The position numbers and the translations under genes are program-made. Under the pieces are notes generated by a model. It searched no databases, was not told where the DNA came from, and worked only from the letters and a program-made list of their open reading frames with translations. From the IMG/VR virus record IMGVR_UViG_3300026484_000284, positions 1 through 64,000 of that record: a stretch of DNA of 64,000 bases, one strand, 5' to 3'. This document shows, piece after piece, positions 55,881 through 64,000 of the stretch. This DNA is from a virus. Lineage: Duplodnaviria; Heunggongvirae; Uroviricota; Caudoviricetes. Each line of letters begins with the position of its first letter. The first letter of the stretch is position 1.

Positions 55881-56135
55881 TTAATCGTTTAAAAGATTTA
55901 AAAATTTATCTAAATCTCTATCATCAACCATATATGATTTGATATTCCAACTATAACAATCTTCGTCAAATGCTAATACTCTTCCGAATTCATCTTTTTC
56001 AATTTCTACTTCTTTACCACAAAACTCTTCCATTTCTTGTGTAAATGCTTCTTCACCTTCAACACATATATCTCCATCGATATCTGTTCCGTAAATACTT
56101 TCCATCTCTTCCCAAGTTTTAATTCTTATTTTCAT
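55881..56135 (-). CDS. hypothetical acidic protein (84 aa)
   Basis: CACATG start context after the promoter at 56362..56398 region. A ~58-aa ORF (56158..56331) lies between. Confidence 0.3.
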   Translation of the reverse strand: MKIRIKTWEEMESIYGTDIDGDICVEGEEAFTQEMEEFCGKEVEIEKDEFGRVLAFDEDCYSWNIKSYMVDDRDLDKFLNLLND

Positions 56136-56361
56136 GTGATATTCCTTTTATATATAAAAAACTCTTCTAACTTCAACATATTCTTCTGAATCTTCTGTTC
56201 CATCATTTTCAACTTGAAAATTCATACATAATCTGTCTCCGTCAAATTCCTCTGTTTCTATTAAGTATTCTTTTTTTCCATCTTTTGTTATACATTCACA
56301 AGTTAAAACATTTGCTCTTATTTCCATTTTGTCTTCCTTTTGTTTGTTTTATTTCTTTTTA

Positions 56362-56398
56362 TATTATAATTATAACACATTTTGATTTAAAAGTCAAG
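56362..56398 (-). promoter_or_regulatory. consensus-type promoter
   Basis: Plus strand reads TATTATAATTATAACACATTTTGATTTAAAAGTCAAGT. Confidence 0.45.
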
Positions 56399-56400
56399 TG

Positions 56401-56600
56401 TTTTTAAATGTTTTTCAAAAATTTTTCAAAAGTTTTTATTTCATCATTATAAACAACACCATATAACAACCATTATAATTATAAATGATAACAACACTAT
56501 AAACCAACACTATAAACCAACACTATACTTTTATAATATCAACGATAACAATATGATAAACAGTGGTACTGTTTAAATCATAAATTATCATATAAATTTC
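56401..56600. repeat. low-complexity iteron-like array (ATAAACCAACACTATAAACCAACACT..., ATAACAAC words)
   Basis: Noncoding. Degenerate short direct repeats. Immediately upstream of a consensus promoter. Analogous arrays at 47521..47760 and 61401..61565. Confidence 0.4.
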
Positions 56601-56602
56601 AA

Positions 56603-56785
56603 CTATTGCTCTTTTTCTGGAAAAAACTTTTTTTTGAACTCATTTTCACTTCGGACAAACTTCAAGTTACCATCAGTATAAATAATGGCATCAATCCATT
56701 CGTCGTTTATTTGTATTTTACATTTATCTAGAATTGTATAAATTTTATTGTTACGATAGTGTTTATATTTCATACTTGAATGCAT
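56603..56785 (-). CDS. hypothetical protein (60 aa)
   Basis: Short ORF. Weak. Confidence 0.2.
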   Translation of the reverse strand: MHSSMKYKHYRNNKIYTILDKCKIQINDEWIDAIIYTDGNLKFVRSENEFKKKFFPEKEQ

Positions 56786-56793
56786 ACTTGCCC

Positions 56794-57012
56794 TTATGAA
56801 AATATAAAAGTGTCAATCGGAAATAATAAAAATGCTCCTATTACTTGAACGATTATCAAGTGAATATATTCTTGATATTTAGATGGGCAGCAATCATATT
56901 TCACGAGAAAATATAATGGTATCATCATAATAAAAGCACTAAAAATCCATCTTAAAAGATAAATGAAAAAAGTTACACTAAAATAATCCATTTGTCTCCC
57001 TTGATTTATCAT
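56794..57012 (-). CDS. small membrane protein (72 aa)
   Basis: Two TM helices. Confidence 0.25.
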   Translation of the reverse strand: MINQGRQMDYFSVTFFIYLLRWIFSAFIMMIPLYFLVKYDCCPSKYQEYIHLIIVQVIGAFLLFPIDTFIFS

Positions 57013-57952
57013 TTGTTTTTTCTATAAAATATCTATGAGCATAAATTTTTTCGGTAGCAACCCCACCAATGTTTCTTTTTAGTTTTTCAAAAATTACTTC
57101 ATAATCTTTATGCTCGAGATTATATTCAGAAACATAACATTTATGAGTTGATATAAATTCTTTAAATTTTTCAAAATCAAAATCTACATTATATCCACTT
57201 GTATTTTGATAAGGAGGGTCTAAATAAATGAAAGCATTTTCTTCAAAATTTTCAAAGTCAAGATAACTTTTATTATGAAATTCTATCTTTTCATTTTTGA
57301 TAAATGGTATAACATTATATAAAAGATTGATATTATTAGAGTGCTGTAACATACATCTTTTAGATGGTATATAAGGCTCCACAATTCCTTGTAATTTTAA
57401 TTTTCTAAGTTGAAATTCTTCCATATTTTTTGGAATACCCATTTCTAAAATATCATACATTTCTGGAATAACTTTTATTTCGTCTTGGAATTTATCAATA
57501 ATTTTTTTATCATTATCTCTAATTATTAAATGAAAATACTCTTTCATTTTTTCATTATGCTTTCCATAAATGTAACTTACTCCACCATTTCCAAAACTAT
57601 AACATTTTTCAAAAAAGATTCTTTCGTTTTTATCTTTGAACTCATAATCCCTTCTAAAGAAAGGTTTCATAAATCTTTCATAAAATTCTTCTTGACTTAT
57701 ATTCTTTAAAAACATTATAAAGTCAAATAAATCTTTATCTAATTCATTATAAATAACTTTTTTAACATTTGGGTGCTGAGCAAGTGAAAAAGAAACACTA
57801 CCACCACCACCGAATAGGTCATAAATGACAATATCATTACCGAATAAATCTATGTGATTTTCTAAGATTTTATTCAAGTGTGGTATAAGTTGTCTTTTAC
57901 TTCCTTTATATGGTACTCCTGCTGATTTAACTTTATAATTCAAATCTTTCAT
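56978..57952 (-). CDS. Dam-like (D12-class) N6-adenine DNA methyltransferase, paralogue B
   Basis: GVPYKGSKRQL...YDLFGGGGSVSF...YLDPPYQNTSGY. Shares long identical blocks with 53106..54065. Confidence 0.65.
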   Translation of the reverse strand: MKDLNYKVKSAGVPYKGSKRQLIPHLNKILENHIDLFGNDIVIYDLFGGGGSVSFSLAQHPNVKKVIYNELDKDLFDFIMFLKNISQEEFYERFMKPFFRRDYEFKDKNERIFFEKCYSFGNGGVSYIYGKHNEKMKEYFHLIIRDNDKKIIDKFQDEIKVIPEMYDILEMGIPKNMEEFQLRKLKLQGIVEPYIPSKRCMLQHSNNINLLYNVIPFIKNEKIEFHNKSYLDFENFEENAFIYLDPPYQNTSGYNVDFDFEKFKEFISTHKCYVSEYNLEHKDYEVIFEKLKRNIGGVATEKIYAHRYFIEKTNDKSRETNGLF

Positions 57953-58010
57953 TTTAATCCTTCATAACCATAGGGAAAATAATTTTTCCCCCTTTATAAA
58001 ATTATATTGT

Positions 58011-58574
58011 TTAAGATTTATTTAACACTTCTTCTAAAAAAGGTTTTAAATTTTCTATCAAATTAACTTCTGTCAATTCATATCCATTATCTTTTAAGTA
58101 GTTTCTAAATTTTAAAGTTTTACCAAATTTTATAGGTTTAACAACTTTACCCTCAATAACAAAATTTTCTTTAAAATAATCGTCTTTTGATAATGTTTTT
58201 AAATCAACATTTGAAAAAACCACTTCACTGAATGTATCGTGTTTTGATGTTTCTTGAAAAACGATTGGATATATTTTATACTTTTCTAATTTAACATTTA
58301 CTTTTTCTTTATCGTCTGTAACTTCATTATAAATAATAAAATCGACATCTTTTATTTGAGGTCCTTTTTTAGATTCAAATCTAACATCAAAAAGAATATC
58401 TGGAGATTTAGATGAACTAACAAAACCAATTTCTAAAAAATCATCTGCTAATAAACCATATCCTACTTTACCATTCAATTCGATTCTTACATTATCTTTA
58501 ACCTGATCCCAATCAAGGTTACCTCTTGTAATAGTTGATGCTTCCATCAGACTTTTTATAATTTCCTTTAACAT
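58011..58574 (-). CDS. hypothetical protein (187 aa)
   Basis: Tiling ORF. Confidence 0.3.
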   Translation of the reverse strand: MLKEIIKSLMEASTITRGNLDWDQVKDNVRIELNGKVGYGLLADDFLEIGFVSSSKSPDILFDVRFESKKGPQIKDVDFIIYNEVTDDKEKVNVKLEKYKIYPIVFQETSKHDTFSEVVFSNVDLKTLSKDDYFKENFVIEGKVVKPIKFGKTLKFRNYLKDNGYELTEVNLIENLKPFLEEVLNKS

Positions 58575-58631
58575 TCCAATTCCTTCTTTTATTTCTATTT
58601 AATGGCATAGAACAATTCATTTAAACCATTT

Positions 58632-59204
58632 TTAAATTTCATTCTCTTTTAATCCTATAATTTTAGCACAACCATCTTTATGTTTTTTAATATAATGTAA
58701 GTGTCCTACATCTACACTATATTTTGCATCAAATTGAAGTCCAAATTCTTCTACAAAGGCACCATAAGAAGTAGGATATAAATTTAATTTTGAATGCTTG
58801 TACTCTGGATTTTTTAGTTCATATTCAATCGTTTCATTGAATTCTGCTTCATTGAATTCATTATATTTTTTCCTATATTGTTTTAAAATCTTTTTACAAG
58901 TTTTTTGAGTTTCTTTATTTTGAACCACTCTTCTCCAAATTGGTAAAAAGTCCAAATAAACACCTGTCCTATAAAAATTCCCAACATAATCTTCTTCAAG
59001 CAATACCACTTTGTAAGTGTTAAAAAAGTGTGGGTCATTTGCTTTTATGCTTACTACAACTGCTGGAATAAAATTGTCATTCAATTCAATTACCATAATT
59101 TGCCCTATTTTAATGTTATCGATCCCATATTTTTCTTTATAACTATATGTTTCTAAATCTTTTTCCATTTTTAATCCTTTATTTTTTTGTTTTATTTTTT
59201 CCAT
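58632..59204 (-). CDS. hypothetical protein (190 aa)
   Basis: Tiling ORF. Confidence 0.3.
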   Translation of the reverse strand: MEKIKQKNKGLKMEKDLETYSYKEKYGIDNIKIGQIMVIELNDNFIPAVVVSIKANDPHFFNTYKVVLLEEDYVGNFYRTGVYLDFLPIWRRVVQNKETQKTCKKILKQYRKKYNEFNEAEFNETIEYELKNPEYKHSKLNLYPTSYGAFVEEFGLQFDAKYSVDVGHLHYIKKHKDGCAKIIGLKENEI

Positions 59205-59391
59205 TCACTTTATAAGAAAACAATTTAACTCCATTATCATAAATTGTAATTTTATCGTTTTTGTATAAATAATATGTTTTTATTTTATCATCCACCACAT
59301 CAACTTGATTATATTCTTCGTCTGTTATAATTTTGGGCGCTTCTATAAATGTAATAGTTTTGTCTTTATAGGATTTAATTTTTATAATCAT
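59179..59391 (-). CDS. hypothetical protein (70 aa)
   Basis: Tiling ORF. Confidence 0.25.
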   Translation of the reverse strand: MIIKIKSYKDKTITFIEAPKIITDEEYNQVDVVDDKIKTYYLYKNDKITIYDNGVKLFSYKVNGKNKTKK

Positions 59392-59426
59392 TTTTTCTCC
59401 TTTTGATTATTTATTATACTAAATTT

Positions 59427-59813
59427 TTAAGTTTTAATTAACTTATCTTTTTGTCTAAAATTACACAACTTGACAAACTCATCCCAAAATTCTTTTCTCT
59501 TGTCTGTAAAAAACACCATACCTGCTATATTTGATAATGGTACAATAAACATTCCATTTTTTGAAAAACTTAAAGAAGCAATATCATCAAAAGATATATC
59601 CATATTAACATTATGGAAATAATTTTTTACAAAAATATCAAATTCATCTTCTATTTGTCGTTGAATGGTTCTTGTGTTTATCTCATATGAATATCTATCT
59701 AGAATATATTCATCAAACTTCTTTTTAACATTTTTGAACTCATCTAAACTTGAAATTTTTTCCCTATTGAACCATTTTTTATTTGTGCCCAGTTCAATAC
59801 TTATTATTCTCAT
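59427..59813 (-). CDS. hypothetical protein (128 aa)
   Basis: Tiling ORF. Confidence 0.3.
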   Translation of the reverse strand: MRIISIELGTNKKWFNREKISSLDEFKNVKKKFDEYILDRYSYEINTRTIQRQIEDEFDIFVKNYFHNVNMDISFDDIASLSFSKNGMFIVPLSNIAGMVFFTDKRKEFWDEFVKLCNFRQKDKLIKT

Positions 59814-60094
59814 TTTATTCCTTTAAAATTTTTAATACTTATATAGATTGAAGATAATATAAAAAATATAGGTAACATTATTAAAAACATTACTACGATA
59901 AACATTATCATTAAAATGGATAAAACAATGATGGGGATTGACAAAAAAATAATTTGTATAAACATTGTTATATATTGTTTCCATTTTTTTAATTTCAAAA
60001 CTATTTTTCCATTTTTTTCACTCATAAGACACACTAATAACAATGAAAATGAAATATATAAATAAAGTAATAAATAAATTAATAAATAATTCAT
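59810..60094 (-). CDS. small membrane protein (94 aa)
   Basis: Three hydrophobic helices. Confidence 0.3.
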   Translation of the reverse strand: MNYLLIYLLLYLYISFSLLLVCLMSEKNGKIVLKLKKWKQYITMFIQIIFLSIPIIVLSILMIMFIVVMFLIMLPIFFILSSIYISIKNFKGIK

Positions 60095-60109
60095 AAAGTC
60101 CCCTTTAAT

Positions 60110-60667
60110 TTAACAATAACCATCACCTTCAATAATCACACGATATTCAAAATTATTGTTTAAACAAATTTTGATAATCTTTGATAATTCAAATGTAATA
60201 TCTCTATAAGTTCTATTATCTGCTTCATAATATATTTCTTTCCAGAATTCCGGTGTTTTGAAAACTATATACCCATTTTCAAGTAATTTATCTTCTTTAC
60301 TTAACAATTCTAATTGCTTTTTATCGACTTTATATTCGGATAAGGCATAAACTTCCACATTATAATACTTGCTATCATCTCCTGTATAAAACTCGCAAAA
60401 TGCTTCATCATAAAACTCTTCTTTGAATTGTTCTAATGGCATATTTTCGTACTCATCTTTCCAAGTTACTGTCGTGTCGATTATACCTTCATCATCTGTA
60501 ATTAAAAAATCCTTCTTCAACTCTCTAAAAAGATTAAAAGTTTTTTCTCTTGAAAATCCTTTACCACTTAAAACTAATTTTTTTTCTTTACATAAAACAC
60601 CATTATCATCTTTTATTGCTTTAACTTTTACACATACATTTGTTTTATAATTCGCACAACTTCCCAT
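60110..60667 (-). CDS. hypothetical Cys-terminal protein (185 aa), paralogue of 40267..40857
   Basis: See 40267..40857. Confidence 0.35.
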   Translation of the reverse strand: MGSCANYKTNVCVKVKAIKDDNGVLCKEKKLVLSGKGFSREKTFNLFRELKKDFLITDDEGIIDTTVTWKDEYENMPLEQFKEEFYDEAFCEFYTGDDSKYYNVEVYALSEYKVDKKQLELLSKEDKLLENGYIVFKTPEFWKEIYYEADNRTYRDITFELSKIIKICLNNNFEYRVIIEGDGYC

Positions 60668-60693
60668 ATTTACTCCTTCTTACTTCTTACTTT

Positions 60694-61116
60694 TTACTCT
60701 TCTTCACTTGTCTTTGATAAGTAAAAATCATAATTTTCATAGGCATTTCCAATCACCTTATAATATCTTGCTGAACCCTCATCTAGACCTATCACAAAAT
60801 TTCTATTTATTGGTCGTTTAAGTTTTATCAAACCGAAACTCGCTGTTGGTTTATGATATACGACTTCAAAATAAGATGGTGCCCCTTCAAAATCATTACG
60901 ACTTGTAGGTATCGACTTTTCAATCAAGTCCCCTTCAAAAATTTCATTACCATCTTTGTCTGTTATACCTGTGAAAAGACATCTTTTTCGTAATTTCAAA
61001 TGGTCGTTTTCAAGACTTGAAACACCAGATTCTATATCTAGAATATCCAATATATTAGTTGTGATTTTTTTATTACTTATATTCTCATAATAATATTTGA
61101 TTTTAATTTTTTTCAT
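60694..61116 (-). CDS. hypothetical protein (141 aa; start trimmed to the GGAG-preceded MKKIKIKYYYE)
   Basis: The ORF-track N-terminus (MVIKKQLNSLKH...) is the out-of-frame shadow of the conserved 49-aa ORF. Confidence 0.3.
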   Translation of the reverse strand: MKKIKIKYYYENISNKKITTNILDILDIESGVSSLENDHLKLRKRCLFTGITDKDGNEIFEGDLIEKSIPTSRNDFEGAPSYFEVVYHKPTASFGLIKLKRPINRNFVIGLDEGSARYYKVIGNAYENYDFYLSKTSEEE

Positions 61117-61129
61117 TGTTTCTCCTTTA

Positions 61130-61279
61130 TCAACCTTTGATTGTCCATAACTTACAATCTGGACAATGTGTTTCAATGAATTCAACTGCTTCTTTATAAC
61201 CACCTTTTACTTTTACATAACTGATTTTATTGCTACCAATGATTTCAAGTGTCAATGTTTTTGTATTTCTATTTCTCAT
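61130..61279 (-). CDS. conserved 49-aa peptide with HCPDC motif (copy 2)
   Basis: MRNRNTKTLTLEIIGSNKISYVKVKGGYKEAVEFIETHCPDCKLWTIKG. Same CACATG context. Confidence 0.35.
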   Translation of the reverse strand: MRNRNTKTLTLEIIGSNKISYVKVKGGYKEAVEFIETHCPDCKLWTIKG

Positions 61280-61322
61280 GTGATTCCTTTTTGTTTAGTT
61301 TATCGTAACTTTTAACTTGTTA

Positions 61323-61360
61323 CATTATAATTATAACAAAAAAATTTTTAATTGTCAAGT
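61323..61360 (-). promoter_or_regulatory. consensus promoter (TTGACA-N17-TATAAT), copy 2 of duplicated module
   Basis: Plus strand reads ATTATAATTATAACAAAAAAATTTTTAATTGTCAAGT, identical to the copy at 47442..47478. Confidence 0.5.
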
Positions 61361-61400
61361 GTTTTTTGAAAAAATTTAATAAAATTTTAAAAGTTTTTTA

Positions 61401-61565
61401 TGAAAAATTGAAACCATTTTATCAAACCGTGATTGAACCATTACTGAACTACTACTGAACGATTATTAAAAACATATTGAAAATATCATTATTGAAACCA
61501 ACTATAATTATAATTGAAACCAAAACCACAACCGAAAAAAATTCAATTATGATTTAACTTTTAAA
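61401..61565. repeat. low-complexity iteron-like array (TGAAACCA, ACTGAAC words)
   Basis: Noncoding. Same position relative to the duplicated promoter module. Confidence 0.4.
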
Positions 61566-61570
61566 ATGGT

Positions 61571-61861
61571 TCAATTTTTTATTACACATTTACATAATGG
61601 AAATAAATAATGTTTATAACCATCAGTATAATAAATATATTTTTTATCAATTTTTGAATTGGATTTATTCACTTCAATATAATAATTTTTTTCATAACAT
61701 TTAAAAGTTTTACCACTATTAAAATCGGTCATAACTTTTTTACTTGAATTTGAAAAAATAATAATAAACATCATAACTATTACAAGTATCGCACCAATTA
61801 TAAGTGGTGTATTTTCATTCCATTCAAAAAAGTTTCTTCTTTTTAAAAAGTCGTATTTCAT
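61571..61861 (-). CDS. small membrane-anchored protein (96 aa)
   Basis: One TM helix. Confidence 0.3.
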   Translation of the reverse strand: MKYDFLKRRNFFEWNENTPLIIGAILVIVMMFIIIFSNSSKKVMTDFNSGKTFKCYEKNYYIEVNKSNSKIDKKYIYYTDGYKHYLFPLCKCVIKN

Positions 61862-61862
61862 C

Positions 61863-62114
61863 TTATTTCCTTTCTAATTTTTTGTTTATATCATTTAAAA
61901 GTTGATTTTGTTTTTTCAAAACTTCTGTTCTTATTTTTTCAACTTGAATATCTGATTTAATTTTTAATTTTTTAGTTTCATAGTTGAGGTAAGCACTAAA
62001 AAATAAGTAAGTGAATAACATTGCTATAAAAGCATAACCAGTATAACATTCCATAATTTTTCCTTTATAAATTTTATCTATATTTCCAGAATTTTTGTAG
62101 AATCGAAGTAACAA
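61863..62114 (-). CDS. small membrane-anchored protein (83 aa)
   Basis: One TM helix plus a coiled tail. Confidence 0.3.
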   Translation of the reverse strand: MLLRFYKNSGNIDKIYKGKIMECYTGYAFIAMLFTYLFFSAYLNYETKKLKIKSDIQVEKIRTEVLKKQNQLLNDINKKLERK

Positions 62115-62484
62115 TTTTACTTTGATTGTTTGATATTCTAGGTAAGTTACTCACATTAAACCATTTTAATCCATAAATTTCTCTATTTGGGAAGAATGAA
62201 TAGTCAATATCTTTACCATTGAAACTAACAAAAAACAATCCAATATCTTTTTTCTTATTCTTCTGTAAAATAAAGTCCTCTAATTCATTTTTATTTAACT
62301 TGATATTTACTTCTTCTTCAACTTCACGAACGACACATTCTTTAATCGTTTCGTTCTCTTCAATTTTACCTTTAATAAAATCATAAGACTTCGCTTGTTT
62401 ATGTGTCTTCGTTAAAAGTATTTTCACTTCATTTTTCTTAAAATCTATTTTATAAGGTATAATACCATAACTTTTTTCTTTCAA
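62074..62484 (-). CDS. Nudix hydrolase (136 aa)
   Basis: GKIEENETIKECVVREVEEEVNI matches the Nudix box (GxxxxxE-x7-REVxEExG). Confidence 0.5.
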   Translation of the reverse strand: MKEKSYGIIPYKIDFKKNEVKILLTKTHKQAKSYDFIKGKIEENETIKECVVREVEEEVNIKLNKNELEDFILQKNKKKDIGLFFVSFNGKDIDYSFFPNREIYGLKWFNVSNLPRISNNQSKIVTSILQKFWKYR

Positions 62485-63365
62485 CTATATTCTTTTTCGT
62501 TAGTATATTTATCAAATAGTTCAGGTTTAAAATCTTCAAGTAATTCATTCCAACTCGTAATTCTACTTCTTTTAACTAAACCATTTTCTGTTTCTTTTTC
62601 TGTTTCTTTTTCTGTTTCTTTTTCTGTTTCTTTTTCTGTTTCTTTTTCTGTTTCTTTTTCTGTTTCTTTTTTTATTTCTTTCATATAAAGTTCTTTCTTA
62701 CAAAATGTACCATACTTGAACCACTTTGGACTTTCCCCAAAACTTTTATTGTATTTTTCGTAAGTCAATGTTACTTGCTCATTGGCAGTTTTCCCTTGCA
62801 ACTCTTTATGACTACAATATGCCTGGGCAAAACCTGTTTTCGCATTTCTAAATACATCGTGATTTCTCCATTTGAAATTCTCAAACACTTCTTCAAGTGT
62901 TTCGACACCAAACACTCTAGCATCAAAAAATGCTTGCCCTTCTTTGTTTAATCTCGTTTTAATACAACCGAAGTCATCACAATTACTTTGACAATCAAGT
63001 CTTTCTTCTTTCCAAAAATTGTCAAATTCAAGTGTGGCATATGACGATAAAAGACTTGCCATTTTTTGAACTCTACCACCGAATGGATGAGTTTGTTTTT
63101 CATTACATTTTGGAAAATAAAGAGTGATTTCATCCGAACCTGTAAAACCCAAATTGGCATTGAATTTTTTAACAAGACTTATCATAGTTTTTTTCATAAC
63201 TCTTGCTAAAAACAAATCATAAGGTTTAGTAAGTCCTTTCGTGAATTTACTAAACTTATGTCCATCAAGTCTAACCATAAGGTGCAAGTCATTTGGTACA
63301 TTTACTTCATATTGTTTTTCTACTTGTTTGAATTCATTGTTTTTATCTAGAATATTCTTATTCAT
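62481..63365 (-). CDS. Thg1-like 3'-5' nucleotidyltransferase (tRNA-His guanylyltransferase family) with C-terminal (ETEK)7 repeat tail
   Basis: VRLDGHKFSKFT (compare Thg1 RxDGxxFxxFT). GFTGSDEITLYF (compare YGQSDEYSF, catalytic acidic residues). 84-bp tandem 12-mer at the 3' end. Confidence 0.6.
   Translation of the reverse strand: MNKNILDKNNEFKQVEKQYEVNVPNDLHLMVRLDGHKFSKFTKGLTKPYDLFLARVMKKTMISLVKKFNANLGFTGSDEITLYFPKCNEKQTHPFGGRVQKMASLLSSYATLEFDNFWKEERLDCQSNCDDFGCIKTRLNKEGQAFFDARVFGVETLEEVFENFKWRNHDVFRNAKTGFAQAYCSHKELQGKTANEQVTLTYEKYNKSFGESPKWFKYGTFCKKELYMKEIKKETEKETEKETEKETEKETEKETEKETENGLVKRSRITSWNELLEDFKPELFDKYTNEKEYS
62586..62669. repeat. tandem 12-bp repeat (TTCTGTTTCTTT)x7 encoding (ETEK)7 inside the Thg1-like gene
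   Basis: Direct reading of 62581..62680. Confidence 0.8.
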
Positions 63366-63394
63366 TTCAGTTCCTTCATATGTTTTTGAATTAT

Positions 63395-63805
63395 TTATTT
63401 TTCAATAATACAAATATATCCATCTATATCATCTATACTAAATCTATAATAAGTTTTGTCACCTTCTAAATTAAAATCGCTTTTGATATCTATTTTAAAA
63501 TCTTCATTGTTTAATTCTTTTAACACTTGATTAAAAATATATCCTGCACCTTCTATTGAAATTTCGTCAATGATATTGTTATGTTCAAGGAATTTTTGCT
63601 CATCAACTATCGCATCTACCATCGCATTCATTAACTCAATATCTACAAGCACTTCAATGTCTTTGATGTTTATTGAATAGAAACATTGGAATCTATTAAG
63701 TTGATTCCACTCAATTTTTCCGAATGAAATGTCTTCAATATCACTTAAATTTATACAAACTTTGTGAAATGATTTTATAATGTTTTCAATAATTTTTAAT
63801 TTCAT
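63395..63805 (-). CDS. hypothetical protein (136 aa)
   Basis: Tiling ORF. Confidence 0.3.
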   Translation of the reverse strand: MKLKIIENIIKSFHKVCINLSDIEDISFGKIEWNQLNRFQCFYSINIKDIEVLVDIELMNAMVDAIVDEQKFLEHNNIIDEISIEGAGYIFNQVLKELNNEDFKIDIKSDFNLEGDKTYYRFSIDDIDGYICIIEK

Positions 63806-64000
63806 TTTTTCCCTTTAATATTCTTTAAACTTTTTAATCGATTAAAAGATTTTTGTTAATAACATCATAGACATTGTAACCATATTAAACATATAAGTTT
63901 CGTTACAAAACAGTGTATATGTATATTGTTTATAAAGTCTTTCAACTTCACTTTTACCTATTCTCAAATTGCCTTCTTTACTATATTGTTCTTTTGATAA

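Larger units (their letters stand above)
61110..61400. repeat. dispersed ~290-bp repeat, copy 2
   Basis: See copy 1. Confidence 0.6.

Noticed and set aside
62586-62669. Regular 12-bp tandem repeat that superficially resembles a short CRISPR-like or minisatellite array
   Set aside because: The period is 12 bp with no spacers, and it lies in frame inside the Thg1-like ORF, encoding (ETEK)7. It is a coding microsatellite, not a CRISPR array.
1-64000. Prophage boundary, integrase, attachment site or host genes
   Set aside because: No integrase or recombinase motif, no host housekeeping genes and no abrupt composition change were seen. The window is uniformly phage-like.
63830-64000. Partial minus-strand ORF running off the window end
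   Set aside because: It is too short and has no motif, so it is not listed as a feature.

Overview
This window is a very AT-rich (roughly 70% A+T by eye) bacteriophage genome segment. Almost every gene is on the minus strand and the ORFs tile end to end; the single clear exception is one plus-strand gene at 42913..43548. All calls below come from reading motifs by eye, with no database search.

The window contains four modules:

(a) 1..7450: a 7-deazaguanine DNA-modification module. It encodes FolE, QueD, QueE, a QueC-HAD fusion, an extra radical-SAM protein, a DpdA-like transglycosylase, a phosphoribosyltransferase (PRTase) and an HU protein.

(b) 8174..29877: a T4-like replication/recombination core. 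It encodes RNA ligase 2, a cluster of five tRNAs, a family-B DNA polymerase in two pieces, a primase, RNase H/FEN, a gp32-like single-stranded DNA-binding protein, a candidate sliding clamp, an SF2 helicase and a dCMP deaminase. The polymerase is interrupted after motif C by an intein that is itself split: one part ends the N-terminal piece, the other begins the C-terminal piece, and a promoter plus two small ORFs sit between them.

(c) 35065..45037: an NAD+ salvage island. It encodes the nicotinamide phosphoribosyltransferase NadV and an NMN adenylyltransferase (NMNAT) fused to an NAD kinase, interleaved with two radical-SAM genes (one RlmN/Cfr-like), a deoxyribosyltransferase-like gene, a GNAT and a Nudix hydrolase.

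(d) 40267..64000: an accessory region rich in paralogue pairs and duplicated promoter modules. It carries three DNA methyltransferases (two of them paralogues flanking a pair of nucleotidyltransferases), a CCA-type tRNA nucleotidyltransferase, a Thg1-like 3'-5' polymerase with an (ETEK)7 tail, an MBL-fold hydrolase, a Ham1-type ITPase and a second Nudix protein.

About 20 near-consensus sigma70-type promoters (TTGACT-N17-TATAAT, reading on the minus strand) precede minus-strand genes, usually followed by a conserved AAGGAA-ATCAC-ATG initiation context.

The overall picture (many radical-SAM genes, dispersed repeats, 7-deazaguanine genes, T4-like core, extreme AT content) resembles CP220-type Campylobacter myoviruses. 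That assignment is an inference and was not verified.
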